Positions 26,503 to 35,639 of a DNA stretch of 48,774 nucleotides are shown in pieces (the stretch's first letter is position 1; every line of letters starts with the position of its first letter). Origin of the DNA: a virus (Duplodnaviria > Caudoviricetes). The DNA is taken from IMG/VR virus record IMGVR_UViG_3300050330_000029, positions 1 through 48,774 of that record; one strand, given 5' to 3'. A program made the position numbers and the translations under genes. The notes under the pieces are model-generated. The model saw only the letters and a program-made list of their open reading frames with translations. It did no database searches and was not told the DNA's origin.

Positions 26503-26679
26503 CTACGCGCATTCTCGCAGAAGCCACCGCCGGCAGTGTCGGCAATGCACTTCGATTGCACTCCCTGGTACTAGTCGCACTCGCGCAATGAGTCGACCAC
26601 AGGACGGGCACCGCAATTCGTCCAGTTGCACCACTGACGGTCTCGGCTTCGGCTTCACATTCTGTGGCGCCGCCATCAT
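26503..26679 (-). CDS. Com-family zinc-ribbon protein (copy 2; 58 aa, not in ORF track)
   Basis: ELRCPSCGRLIARV...AIEVHCRHCRR; ATGA-coupled to gpF. Confidence 0.75.
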   Translation of the reverse strand: MMAAPQNVKPKPRPSVVQLDELRCPSCGRLIARVRLVPGSAIEVHCRHCRRWLLRECA

Positions 26680-27689
26680 GCCGCTCTGCCTGCCACGAGC
26701 TGCCCCACCGGCCGCACCGCGATGCTATCGCCCCAGATGGCGCTGTGCCGAGTCGTAACCATCTCGCTGAGCGGCGTCCCGGCATGGTAAGCGTCATAGC
26801 GCAACTCGCTCACCAGGATGGACCGCTGCACCGTCTCCGGTTGTTCGTCGAACCACTCCGGTCCGGTCTTGCCCTTCCAGCCGCCCCCGGGCACGATGTC
26901 CTGCGAAACCTCGGGCCGAATCACGCAGCGGCAATTCGGGTGATGACCATCCGGGTACTCCTTGAACAGTCGTCCGTGACGCTCCAGGCACGCCGGGCAC
27001 GTGCGGCTATCCAATGAGGCAATCCAGCGATACCCTATAATGATGCCCTGCTCCTGCAAGGGCGCGAGCGTATCGGCATTTGCGCCGCGGAATGCCCGCA
27101 TGGTCTCGGTGCGAGCGAGCGTCATCAGCCGCGCCTCGCTGCCCGTGCCGCCGATGTCCGCCATGATTTCCCGCACGATCGACCGCGGCGCTTTGCCGCC
27201 GCCGATGCCCTCGGTCATGCGTTGCAGGATGGATTCGGACGCGCGCGATCCGTACCCGTCGATCACCGCCCGGACCGGCGATCCCGGTTGCGTGACCGTG
27301 ACCCAGCGCTCGAACGCCTCGCGGTAGACCTGCCCGGTCAGCGGCTGACCGGCGGCTTTGGCAATGTCGCCGGACAGCCCGACGCCGACATGCACGCCAC
27401 CCGTTTGCAGCGCCGACAGCCCGTTGAGCGCCTGTCCCTGCCACAACAGCAGCTCGCGCTGGATGCTGCGCTCCATATCCCGCCACCAGCGCTGCCGCGT
27501 CAGCCACGTTGCCGGGACGGGTTGCCCCTGAGCCGCCAACTCGGCAATCTGCGCGTCGATGGTGCGCAGATTGCGCTCGATGCGGCGCAACGCGAGGCCG
27601 TAGCTGTTGATCAATCGCGCCACGATCTCGGTCTCCCGCGCCGAGAGGTCGCGTTGCGCCTGGAGCAACAGGTCATCGATCAGCGCCAT
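26676..27689 (-). CDS. Minor head morphogenesis protein (Mu gpF/SPP1 gp7-like)
   Basis: LARTE, WIASLDSRTCPAC..HG, HPNCRC. Confidence 0.9.
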   Translation of the reverse strand: MALIDDLLLQAQRDLSARETEIVARLINSYGLALRRIERNLRTIDAQIAELAAQGQPVPATWLTRQRWWRDMERSIQRELLLWQGQALNGLSALQTGGVHVGVGLSGDIAKAAGQPLTGQVYREAFERWVTVTQPGSPVRAVIDGYGSRASESILQRMTEGIGGGKAPRSIVREIMADIGGTGSEARLMTLARTETMRAFRGANADTLAPLQEQGIIIGYRWIASLDSRTCPACLERHGRLFKEYPDGHHPNCRCVIRPEVSQDIVPGGGWKGKTGPEWFDEQPETVQRSILVSELRYDAYHAGTPLSEMVTTRHSAIWGDSIAVRPVGQLVAGRAA

Positions 27690-27804
27690 GCTCGGTCGGT
27701 CCCCCATCCGTGCCCCGTAACCTCGGCAACCGGCAGTGCCCGCCCATACCGCCAGCGCCCGTATCCGCCTCGTCCGTCGCCGCGATTGGGGAGGGTGGGC
27801 ATGA

Positions 27805-29526
27805 CTAGCTCACTCCGAGGATGGGCATGGCGGCGACGATGCTGCGTGCCAACCGATTCGCCAGGTAGAGCCGTCCAGCGGCACTCGGATGGGTCCCGTC
27901 CGCGTTGATGTACAGGTCGGCGTTGCCTGAACCGGTCGTGCTGCCGATCTTGCCAGTGCCGGTGATCCAGCCGAGCGTGCTCACGCCCGCGGCGGTCGCC
28001 CCAATGTTGTCGATGAACAGGTGCGCCCGGCCGTTGGCTGCCGTCTGAATGGCGTTGCGCGTATTGATGATGCCCGTTGTCGGCGACCCGCTCGGCCACC
28101 ACGGACCAACCACGATCAGGATGGCATCGGGAAGCGTGGATCGGATACTATCGAACACCCCTTCGGCGGCCGTTTGGATTTGCGACTCTGTGTACGTCGT
28201 CTGGTCGTTGAGGCCCATTGCAATGATGGCGATGTCGGGGTTGTGCGGGAACAGGTCGGTATCGAGTCGATCCGGCAACGCCTCATAGATGCCGTTGACC
28301 TTGAGGTATCCGGTCCCGCCAACGTTGTCCTCCCAGACATCCGGCCAGTTGAGGAAGTGCCCGAGATTCAGGCCAATGCCGTCGACGCCGCCCAGATACG
28401 AGTCGCCCAGCATGATGACGCGCGGCTCGGTACGGGTCGCGGGTCGCCAAACCGTGGAGGTTGGCGGAACCTTGATGCCCCGCAAGGCCAGCGACGCGGT
28501 TTCGAGGCGGATATGCCGAATTGCCGCTATCCCGAAATCCACAAGGATATGCCGGTTCGCCCCGCTGGTTGTAAGCGCCGTGGCGGTATAGGAGACGTAC
28601 TCGCCATCGACCATGATCCGGATCGTGGCAGTATCGTCCCGGCAGTAAATCTCGAACTCGCTGCCATCGAACATGAATTCGAGCGCGGCCGTTGCCTGCG
28701 TCTGAGCGAATCCGGTCGGCAGGTAGATGCCACCCGTCACCGAGTACCCGGCATGTCGGAGTTGCAAAAAGTTGTTGGAATCCGGCAACAACGTCACAGC
28801 GCTGCTAATACTCGATGCCGCCCCGCCGGTACCCACGGTCACGGTTGGGGGGCTCGCCATCACCTTCGGGAATACCCCAAGCGAGCGCCGCGAGAATGGT
28901 TGATCCAGCCCCCGCCCCTGACTCGTCTGCACCGCCTCCGCCGCCGTCAGCCGCCCGTCCCGCACTCCCAGCGCCGTATCCACCTGCGCGGTGGTGTACG
29001 CCCCGGTCTGCGCAGCGGTGACCGCGTGGGGATTGGCGGTGTCGCTGGTGTGGGTGGAGAGGGTCGCAGCGTCCGCCTTGAGCGCGAGCGCTGAATCGAC
29101 CTGGGCGCTGTCATACGCCCCGGTCTGCGCCGCCGTCACGTTGTGCGGGTTGCTCGTGTCCGCCAGGTGCGTGATGATGAGCGATGGCGCGTCCGGCACG
29201 GGGTAGGCCGCTGCCCGAATGGTCTCCAACGAAATCGACGTGTCCCCGTCCGGCACGACGATGGTGTATTGCGTGCCGCGCGGATACCGCACCGATGCGC
29301 CGGAGCGCAGGAGCGCCGTCTGCTCGGTGACCTGATAGGACACGCCGACTTCGAGGTCGATCGCAAACGCGCCCGTCGCATCCGTGGTCGCGGTCACGCT
29401 CGCGCTCGGCAATGTGGCATGGCTGGTGACGGCGCTCGGCAGCAGGGTGAATTCCAGCTCGAACCCCAACCATGGCTCGCCGTTGGGTCGGTGGATGGTG
29501 CCGGTGACGGTGCGGATGTGGCTCAT
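27805..29526 (-). CDS. Fibre-like virion protein with C-terminal SGNH hydrolase
   Basis: 2x H.DT.NPH.VTAAQTGAY; GDSY, GGTGY, GLND, DGTHP. Confidence 0.85.
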   Translation of the reverse strand: MSHIRTVTGTIHRPNGEPWLGFELEFTLLPSAVTSHATLPSASVTATTDATGAFAIDLEVGVSYQVTEQTALLRSGASVRYPRGTQYTIVVPDGDTSISLETIRAAAYPVPDAPSLIITHLADTSNPHNVTAAQTGAYDSAQVDSALALKADAATLSTHTSDTANPHAVTAAQTGAYTTAQVDTALGVRDGRLTAAEAVQTSQGRGLDQPFSRRSLGVFPKVMASPPTVTVGTGGAASSISSAVTLLPDSNNFLQLRHAGYSVTGGIYLPTGFAQTQATAALEFMFDGSEFEIYCRDDTATIRIMVDGEYVSYTATALTTSGANRHILVDFGIAAIRHIRLETASLALRGIKVPPTSTVWRPATRTEPRVIMLGDSYLGGVDGIGLNLGHFLNWPDVWEDNVGGTGYLKVNGIYEALPDRLDTDLFPHNPDIAIIAMGLNDQTTYTESQIQTAAEGVFDSIRSTLPDAILIVVGPWWPSGSPTTGIINTRNAIQTAANGRAHLFIDNIGATAAGVSTLGWITGTGKIGSTTGSGNADLYINADGTHPSAAGRLYLANRLARSIVAAMPILGVS

Positions 29527-29539
29527 GCAGCGCTCCTGC

Positions 29540-31033
29540 TCATAGCAATGACCCCGTGGCCATGCCGGTGGCAAAGCGGTCGCGCCGCTCGGCCAGGATC
29601 GCGTCGGCGTCGGTCTCGTCGATGCCCGCCGCGCGCAGTCCCCACTCGGTCTGCAAACTCTCCTTGGCAACGAGCAGGTCGATGCGCTCCTGCTCGGTCG
29701 GATAGACAATCGGCCGGGCCGCAATCGAGAACGCCAGCTCGCCCCGGCCGAACGAGCTGAGGTCGAACGGCACGAACGTCTTTTGACGTGTCGTCAGTCC
29801 GCCCTGTCGCCAGTCGGCGTGCGCACGCATCCCGGCCATACTGATCGCCATCTGCAACAGCTTGACCGTCTGCGAGTCATAGCCGGAGCGTGCGAGGTCC
29901 ACCCGGTTCTTGACATCGCCCATCAGCCGCTCGGCTCCGGGCGCGGTCACCTGCTGCATCTCGCGCATCTGCTGATAGAACCGCGCTTCGGGGTTTTCGT
30001 CGATGATCCCTTGCCGCAGATCGGCCAGCATCTCGCGGGTCTGCCCGATGTCGAACTGCGCCTGCAGGATCCGCGCTTCGGCCGGCATCCCGACGATCTC
30101 GAACGTGTCCGGCGCGCTGGTGACATCGTGCGTGCTGTCAGCGCGCTTGGTGGGCTTGCCCGCGACCATGATCGGCGTGAAAAAGGCCTTGCGCTGGAAA
30201 TCGAAGGCATGCGAAAAGATGCTGTTGAGCTGGAGGAGCGCTTGCCGGGTGCCGTGCAGCGCCGAGCGGCCGCGCACCTCGCCGGGCGCGCCGATCCGGT
30301 GCCGGTCCCAGATCGCCGGCACGAACCCGTAGGGATTTGGGACCACCGCGCCATCGCCGTAGTCGAACGGGCGGTCGTTCTTGAAGTAGCGGAACGCGTC
30401 GTGATCGACCTCCTTGCGGAAACGATAGGTCTCCGATGCGCCGTTCGGCCGCTGCTCCGTGACGTGGTAGGCGAGCGTGTACGACCGCACGTTGCCGACG
30501 TAGTCGAGCTCGATTTCGGTGACATAGCCCGGCCAGACCGATTGCGGGTAGATCATGCCGCGGTCGAGATCGTCCACCAGCTCGGTCAGGCAATCGCCCA
30601 GCGCTGCGCCGTACATCGGCCGCAGCGACATCTGCTGCTGCCAGTTCCACGCCGCGTAGAGCGCGCTGATGGCGGCCAGCAGTCGATCGGTCTGCTTGCC
30701 TTCGGCCGTCTCCGGCACGATCGGGATGGCGCTCGCGGTCTCCGACTGCACCGGATCGTTCGACAGCGCGCCCTGATAGATGACCCCGGCATAGAAATCC
30801 ACCACGGCTTCGGCGTGCTTCCACAGGAGCTTCGTGTGCTGGTAGATCGCCGGGTCGTCGCGCAATGGGGATGAGCGGAGCGCGCTTTCGAAGAGCTCGC
30901 CGGTATAGAGTTGCCACGCTTCGAGATAGCGCTTTTGCAGCGCCGAGAGATCGAGGGCTTTCGGGCCGGTATCGCGCCAGCCGGCCACGGCCCCGTTGTA
31001 GGCTGACATCAATCGTGTCCCCCATCCGGCCAT
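29540..31033 (-). CDS. Portal protein
   Basis: 497 aa directly after TerL; PNPYGFVP motif. Confidence 0.85.
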   Translation of the reverse strand: MAGWGTRLMSAYNGAVAGWRDTGPKALDLSALQKRYLEAWQLYTGELFESALRSSPLRDDPAIYQHTKLLWKHAEAVVDFYAGVIYQGALSNDPVQSETASAIPIVPETAEGKQTDRLLAAISALYAAWNWQQQMSLRPMYGAALGDCLTELVDDLDRGMIYPQSVWPGYVTEIELDYVGNVRSYTLAYHVTEQRPNGASETYRFRKEVDHDAFRYFKNDRPFDYGDGAVVPNPYGFVPAIWDRHRIGAPGEVRGRSALHGTRQALLQLNSIFSHAFDFQRKAFFTPIMVAGKPTKRADSTHDVTSAPDTFEIVGMPAEARILQAQFDIGQTREMLADLRQGIIDENPEARFYQQMREMQQVTAPGAERLMGDVKNRVDLARSGYDSQTVKLLQMAISMAGMRAHADWRQGGLTTRQKTFVPFDLSSFGRGELAFSIAARPIVYPTEQERIDLLVAKESLQTEWGLRAAGIDETDADAILAERRDRFATGMATGSLL

Positions 31034-32466
31034 CAGTGCGGCCCTCGTCGTAACTGCCGGTCCATGTAGGTGTCGAGTTCGCTGTAGTCGCCGCCATCGA
31101 TCTGGGCAAAGGCCAGCATGACTGCCTCGGCCCGGTCGGGCGATTTGACGCCACGCTTCCTGGCCTCGTCCTTGCTTTCGATCACGATCTGACCGCGCGC
31201 GTTGTGCTTGTAGCGGATGCCGGCGAGTTGCCCGATGGCCGTCTCATCGACGACGCCAAGCGCCTCACCGCGCTCGTAGCGCATCCGCAGGCCCCAGTAG
31301 AGCTCGGCTTTGAGATTGGCGAAGAGCTCGGTATCTTTCGCCGCTTCCTGGACGTTGATATCGACGACGTTGTAACCGGCGTCTTCGAGATAGCGGGCGA
31401 GGTAATAGCCGATGCCGATGCTGTCGACATTGACCTTCTCGATGTTCCAGCCGCGCAGCTCGGCCAGCAGCTCGCCACGCGGATCCGGATCGTGCCACGC
31501 CACCGTCTTGACGACCTGACCGCGTTGCCGCAAATAGAGCACCGTCTCGTCTTCACCCGGGCCGGCGACGTCGATGCCGCCAATGGTTGGCAGACCCTGA
31601 TCGATCGCCTCGGGCACCTGCTTGCCGGCTTCCAGCCAGAGCAGCGAGAGCAGCGCGTCTTCCGCTTGATCGGGGAAACCGCCCAGCACCTTCGAGATCC
31701 AGAGCGGCGAGCGCTCGCCCCACGTGTGCAGCTTCTCGTGCACCCATTGGCGGGTGACCAGATAGGGCCGTGGCGCTTCGAAGAGCCGGGGATCGTCGGC
31801 GCCCAGCGGTATCGTCTTCAAGTCGTCGAGCGTGATGCCGGCGAGATTCGGGGTATCAAACGCGTTGATGGTGAAGGTGGTCCAGAGATTGCGCTCGTTG
31901 GTGAACGCCTCGTAGAACCGGCCGGATGGGATGATCGGGTTGCCGAGCATGAGCGTGCGAACATCGCCGCCGGCCCGGATACCGTCGATCGCTTCGAAGA
32001 TGTCTTCCCGGACGCCGGGCGCTTCATCGAGCACGATCAGCACCTTTCCGTGGAAGCCCTGGAAGCGCACGCCCTCGTTGGTCGACAGGCCCATCGCATA
32101 AATGTCGGGCGAAATGGAGAGCTCGGTCTGGTTGATCTTGCCGCCCAGCGGAACCCGGGCGTTGTTGTAGGACTTGTGCACTTCGGCCCAGAGCAGCTTG
32201 CGCACCTGCGACCATGTGGGCGCGGTCGTGATCGCGATACCCTGCTGGGCAAATACCCACCACAGCACGATCTCCGCCGCGGTAAAGGTCTTGGCGCTGG
32301 CGTGGCAGGCCTTGACCGCCGTCAGCGATCGCGGCCGGTTGACCGACGCCATGATCTGGCGTGGAACCGCCCACGGGTCGTGGCCAAGCACCTGCTCGGT
32401 AAACCATGACGGATCAGCCCGGGACCGCTGCAGAATCGACCGCGCCTGGTTCGGCGTCGGCCTCAT
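31033..32466 (-). CDS. terL: Terminase large subunit
   Basis: VKACHASAKT, VLDEA, LGNP, GIDVAG.GED, VDSIGIG, SPDRAEA; start approximate. Confidence 0.93.
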   Translation of the reverse strand: MRPTPNQARSILQRSRADPSWFTEQVLGHDPWAVPRQIMASVNRPRSLTAVKACHASAKTFTAAEIVLWWVFAQQGIAITTAPTWSQVRKLLWAEVHKSYNNARVPLGGKINQTELSISPDIYAMGLSTNEGVRFQGFHGKVLIVLDEAPGVREDIFEAIDGIRAGGDVRTLMLGNPIIPSGRFYEAFTNERNLWTTFTINAFDTPNLAGITLDDLKTIPLGADDPRLFEAPRPYLVTRQWVHEKLHTWGERSPLWISKVLGGFPDQAEDALLSLLWLEAGKQVPEAIDQGLPTIGGIDVAGPGEDETVLYLRQRGQVVKTVAWHDPDPRGELLAELRGWNIEKVNVDSIGIGYYLARYLEDAGYNVVDINVQEAAKDTELFANLKAELYWGLRMRYERGEALGVVDETAIGQLAGIRYKHNARGQIVIESKDEARKRGVKSPDRAEAVMLAFAQIDGGDYSELDTYMDRQLRRGPH

Positions 32467-32887
32467 CCGCGAGCGCGGCAAGGTCAGCAAAGGTGAGCTC
32501 TCCCGTAACGTGCAGCTTGTCGGTAAAGAGTTGGTGATGTTTGCCGAGCAGTTCGAGCGCGTCCACTTTCGAACGGAGATCCATCCGGGCATCGACAATG
32601 TCGCCGGTCACCGGATGGGTTTTGATTTGCAGGAAGTCGCGCCATTCAGCGGAGGCCACGTCGGCCAATTCCGCGAGCACCGCTTCGGCGGTCATGGCAC
32701 GGGAATCGAGTTCTTGCTTGATACGCGTGGAAACTAAAGGATTCTGGAGAAGTTGATATCCAAGTGAGGATGCCGATTTTTCGGAGTATCCGGCCTTGAT
32801 TGCCGCCTTGGTCGCGTTGAACCGGCACTCGCCAATGTAGGCCAGCACAAAGTCTGTCTGTTTGTTGGTCAGGTTCTTTCGAGCCAT
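32414..32887 (-). CDS. terS: Terminase small subunit
   Basis: LTNKQ..F...NATKAAIKAGYS...ALELLGKH. Confidence 0.92.
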   Translation of the reverse strand: MARKNLTNKQTDFVLAYIGECRFNATKAAIKAGYSEKSASSLGYQLLQNPLVSTRIKQELDSRAMTAEAVLAELADVASAEWRDFLQIKTHPVTGDIVDARMDLRSKVDALELLGKHHQLFTDKLHVTGELTFADLAALADEADAEPGAVDSAAVPG

Positions 32888-32898
32888 TTGGTCTCTAA

Positions 32899-32986
32899 AC
32901 GCAGAACAGCCGCCCGACCGCCGCTCCCTCGGAAGCGACAACCAGACGGCACACAAATGCCTATTACGTTGAGTTCCAGTCTAGCA
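32899..32986 (-). promoter_or_regulatory. Late promoter + 19-bp RNA hairpin leader of terS
   Basis: TGcTAGACT, CAACGTA, stem 32909-32950 with 7 G-U pairs, then TGTTCTGCGT. Confidence 0.7.
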
Positions 32987-32988
32987 GA

Positions 32989-33204
32989 CTAAATCCGGTG
33001 GTTCACGTCGGTTGTGCCCTCCGGTGGCCGAATCCATTCCCCGCAATTGCAGACAATGTAGAGCCGCAAGAGCCGATGTGGTGTTTCGACCCCACGCCGT
33101 AACCAAATCCGCTGCCGGGGCCGCCCACGTCGATCATCAGCAAGCCGCTCGATGTCGCCGAGGACGGTCCCGCATTTTGGGCAGCGGAAGGGACGGCGCG
33201 GCAT
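32989..33204 (-). CDS. Com-like zinc-ribbon protein (copy 1)
   Basis: FRCPKCGTVLG...YIVCNCG. Confidence 0.6.
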   Translation of the reverse strand: MPRRPFRCPKCGTVLGDIERLADDRRGRPRQRIWLRRGVETPHRLLRLYIVCNCGEWIRPPEGTTDVNHRI

Positions 33205-33207
33205 GGG

Positions 33208-33762
33208 TTAGGCGGGGTCCTGCGAGTCGGTATCCCTCGTAGACCAATGCGCTGCAATGTCGGGAACGAGTTGAACTCCGTGCTTCGCTAGGAATTCGAT
33301 AAGCTCGCTGAATGACTCCGTGCCGAGACCGCGAATCTTTTCGAGCGACGCAGGCGGATACGCAACCAATTGCGACAGCGTGAAAATCCCTGCTCGATTA
33401 AGCGCGTTCAGTAGACGAGTCCCAAGACCCAAACTCTCAAGATCATCGTCATCGCTTACCGCCACTGAGTCACGCAAGCTGGCGTAAGCGCGATCAGTCA
33501 CTATCTGGCGCACCCGTTCGACTGAGACGCCAAACTCCTGTGCAATTGCCTGATAGGTTTTGCCATCTAGCCGCGCTTGATACACCCGCCAGTTTCGTTC
33601 GTTTCGTTGCTGATCAGACACTGAACCAGGTATCGGTGGCGGATTCCTGAGCAAATCACGTCTCAGTTGTTTCGCCTGCTCTTTCGCCTGATCCCCAGGC
33701 ACCCAGCCTCGTTTGACGAGCGACCGCAAGACATATCTCTGATCGCTCTCGGTGTTTGTCAT
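33208..33762 (-). CDS. Sigma70 region-4-like HTH fused to RNA polymerase alpha-CTD-like domain
   Basis: GKTYQAIAQEFGVSVERVRQIV; LGLGTRLLNALNRAGIFTL...KIRGLG. Confidence 0.8.
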   Translation of the reverse strand: MTNTESDQRYVLRSLVKRGWVPGDQAKEQAKQLRRDLLRNPPPIPGSVSDQQRNERNWRVYQARLDGKTYQAIAQEFGVSVERVRQIVTDRAYASLRDSVAVSDDDDLESLGLGTRLLNALNRAGIFTLSQLVAYPPASLEKIRGLGTESFSELIEFLAKHGVQLVPDIAAHWSTRDTDSQDPA

Positions 33763-33842
33763 GTACTCTGGTCTGCTCAATTTGTTTCCTCCATCGTCGT
33801 GCCAGCCGCAGCCTCCCCGGCCGCTCTGCTTCTTCAGCGCGA

Positions 33843-34052
33843 TCACGTCCGGGAATCCATGCGGGGCGTCAGTGCGATGCGCTGATACTCGATCACGAGC
33901 TGGAACGCCTCGGCATCGGTGAATCCTGCCGCTTTCAGCGCCTTCTTGTACGCCTCCAGGAGCGCGGCGATATTGGCAACGCCCGCCATCGCTTGATCGA
34001 GTGCCGCGATCATCGCCAGCGGGTCTAGCGGTTTCCTGGTTGGCTCGCTCAT
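33843..34052 (-). CDS. Hypothetical protein
   Basis: YKKALKAAGFTDAEAF; ATGA coupling. Confidence 0.7.
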   Translation of the reverse strand: MSEPTRKPLDPLAMIAALDQAMAGVANIAALLEAYKKALKAAGFTDAEAFQLVIEYQRIALTPRMDSRT

Positions 34053-34453
34053 GCCAGTGCCTCCACGTCAATCACCAGACAGCCGCTCGGATACTGCGCC
34101 CGACCAACCGCGTCCAGTCGTTCCTGCTGCACGGTCAGCCGCTCGATTTGCCGGTCGTCGATCCACACCTGCGCATCGGTCAGCGCATCGAGTACGGCCT
34201 TTGTGCTCGCCAGCGCGTTATCGGCATCGGGCAACCGACCCCGCCGCCCGGCCCATTGGATCGTCACCGTGACCGCCAGCGGGCCGGTCAGCGGGTGCGG
34301 GGGGCGCTGCTCTCGCGCCAGCCATCCGGCCAGTTCGCGGGTGGTGCGACCGTGTTTGTGGCGTTTGGACCAATGGCCCCGCGCATTGGGTGACAATGCC
34401 GGATCGAGCGCCATCGCCAGCACCAGCCGATGCACCGTTGCCGTTTCGCTCAT
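34049..34453 (-). CDS. rusA: RusA-like Holliday junction resolvase
   Basis: SPN, PDADN..K.VLDAL...WIDDRQI. Confidence 0.82.
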   Translation of the reverse strand: MSETATVHRLVLAMALDPALSPNARGHWSKRHKHGRTTRELAGWLAREQRPPHPLTGPLAVTVTIQWAGRRGRLPDADNALASTKAVLDALTDAQVWIDDRQIERLTVQQERLDAVGRAQYPSGCLVIDVEALA

Positions 34454-34713
34454 CGCTCCCCCTCCCGCGCGATGGCCCATGCGCGACACTCTGCCGCCTT
34501 CGCCCGCAGCCATTGCGCATCTCCCCCAGCGGTCTCGATCTCGTCTCCCAGCCCGTCGTATTGCGCTGCTTGGCGCAACCAGAATGCGCGATCCTCCAGC
34601 AACAATCGCCTCCGGCCCTGTTGCCATTTCCACGACAGCGCCAGCGCGCACGCAGGCAACCCGAGTGCCACCACCAACACGGCGATCCATGCCACATACG
34701 CCGCCATGCTCAT
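34450..34713 (-). CDS. Small TM protein
   Basis: N-terminal TM; ends AIAREGER. Confidence 0.6.
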   Translation of the reverse strand: MSMAAYVAWIAVLVVALGLPACALALSWKWQQGRRRLLLEDRAFWLRQAAQYDGLGDEIETAGGDAQWLRAKAAECRAWAIAREGER

Positions 34714-35035
34714 CACTCCCCCTCCCGCGCCATCGCTGACAATGCCGCCATCGTCCCTTCCAGATGACCCAACGGCGTGCCGATTGCCCGGTGTACGCGC
34801 ATCATGCAGATCAGAACGGCAAGCAGCGCGTCGAGATCCGAACTCGTGCTGCCGTCCGTCTCGCACGTCACCCACCAGTCGCCATCCTCAAAGGCCACGC
34901 GGACCATCGGCCCGGTCGAAACCGGCACCACTTTCCACACGAAGAGATCGCCGTCGTCATGGCTCCACCATCCCGGCTCACTCAGGATTGCTCGTAGCTC
35001 ATCGCTCATCATCACTCCCCCTCCCGTGCCATCGC
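34451..35035. repeat. Three 26-bp gene-junction repeats (34451, 34711, 35010)
   Basis: Minus-strand consensus GCGATGGCGCGGGAGGGGGAGTGATG. Confidence 0.85.
34713..35012 (-). CDS. Hypothetical protein
   Basis: Ends AMAREGE; coupled. Confidence 0.65.
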   Translation of the reverse strand: MMSDELRAILSEPGWWSHDDGDLFVWKVVPVSTGPMVRVAFEDGDWWVTCETDGSTSSDLDALLAVLICMMRVHRAIGTPLGHLEGTMAALSAMAREGE

Positions 35036-35374
35036 CGCATCCACTGGCTCCAGATCGCCCAACCTGATCGCGCGCCGTGCGTCCCGCCGCCGCTGATCAC
35101 GCGCCGCGTACTGCAACTGCACCGCCGCGCGGACCACCGCGTCGTCGCTTATCACCCCCGCCCATGTACTCGCTTGGCTGAACTCCTGATCGGCCACCAC
35201 GTAGGCCCGCAGCCGCTCGAATCGCTCTCGTGGCACGATCACCAGCCCCATCTCCGCAAGACTCGCCATCAGTTGGTCGAAGATCGGCGTCCCCTCGTAT
35301 CCAACGTCGATCCATGACAATAACTCCCGCAGTTCCCTCGGCTCCCCGGCCCCGCCTGGTCTGTACTCACTCAT
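35012..35374 (-). CDS. Hypothetical protein
   Basis: MSEYRPGG...; ends AMAREGE. Confidence 0.65.
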   Translation of the reverse strand: MSEYRPGGAGEPRELRELLSWIDVGYEGTPIFDQLMASLAEMGLVIVPRERFERLRAYVVADQEFSQASTWAGVISDDAVVRAAVQLQYAARDQRRRDARRAIRLGDLEPVDAAMAREGE

Positions 35375-35555
35375 CGTCGCCTTCCTTCCGCATCGTGAAC
35401 CCATGCAACGGGCAATGCTCCCCCATCCAGTACTGCATCTCGCCCCCGGACTCCCACGCACCCAGCCCGTGCTGGTTGTCGATCACCGGGCAGGTACAGC
35501 CCTGCTCGAACGCCGCATCGCTACCGGGTGGAGTGCCGTTCCACACGTCGCTCAT
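35367..35555 (-). CDS. Small Zn-binding phage protein
   Basis: PGSDAAFEQGCTCPVIDN...CPLHG. Confidence 0.75.
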   Translation of the reverse strand: MSDVWNGTPPGSDAAFEQGCTCPVIDNQHGLGAWESGGEMQYWMGEHCPLHGFTMRKEGDDE

Positions 35556-35639
35556 CCGATCTCCACCTCCGCCCACTCCCGCCGCACGCCCAGCGCCATC
35601 GCCTGCTGCACCGGCGGCTCGGCATGATGGTGGGCCTGG

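Noticed and set aside
27680-27802. 40-aa ORF between the SGNH and gpF genes
   Set aside because: Short, no recognisable motif; cannot be supported
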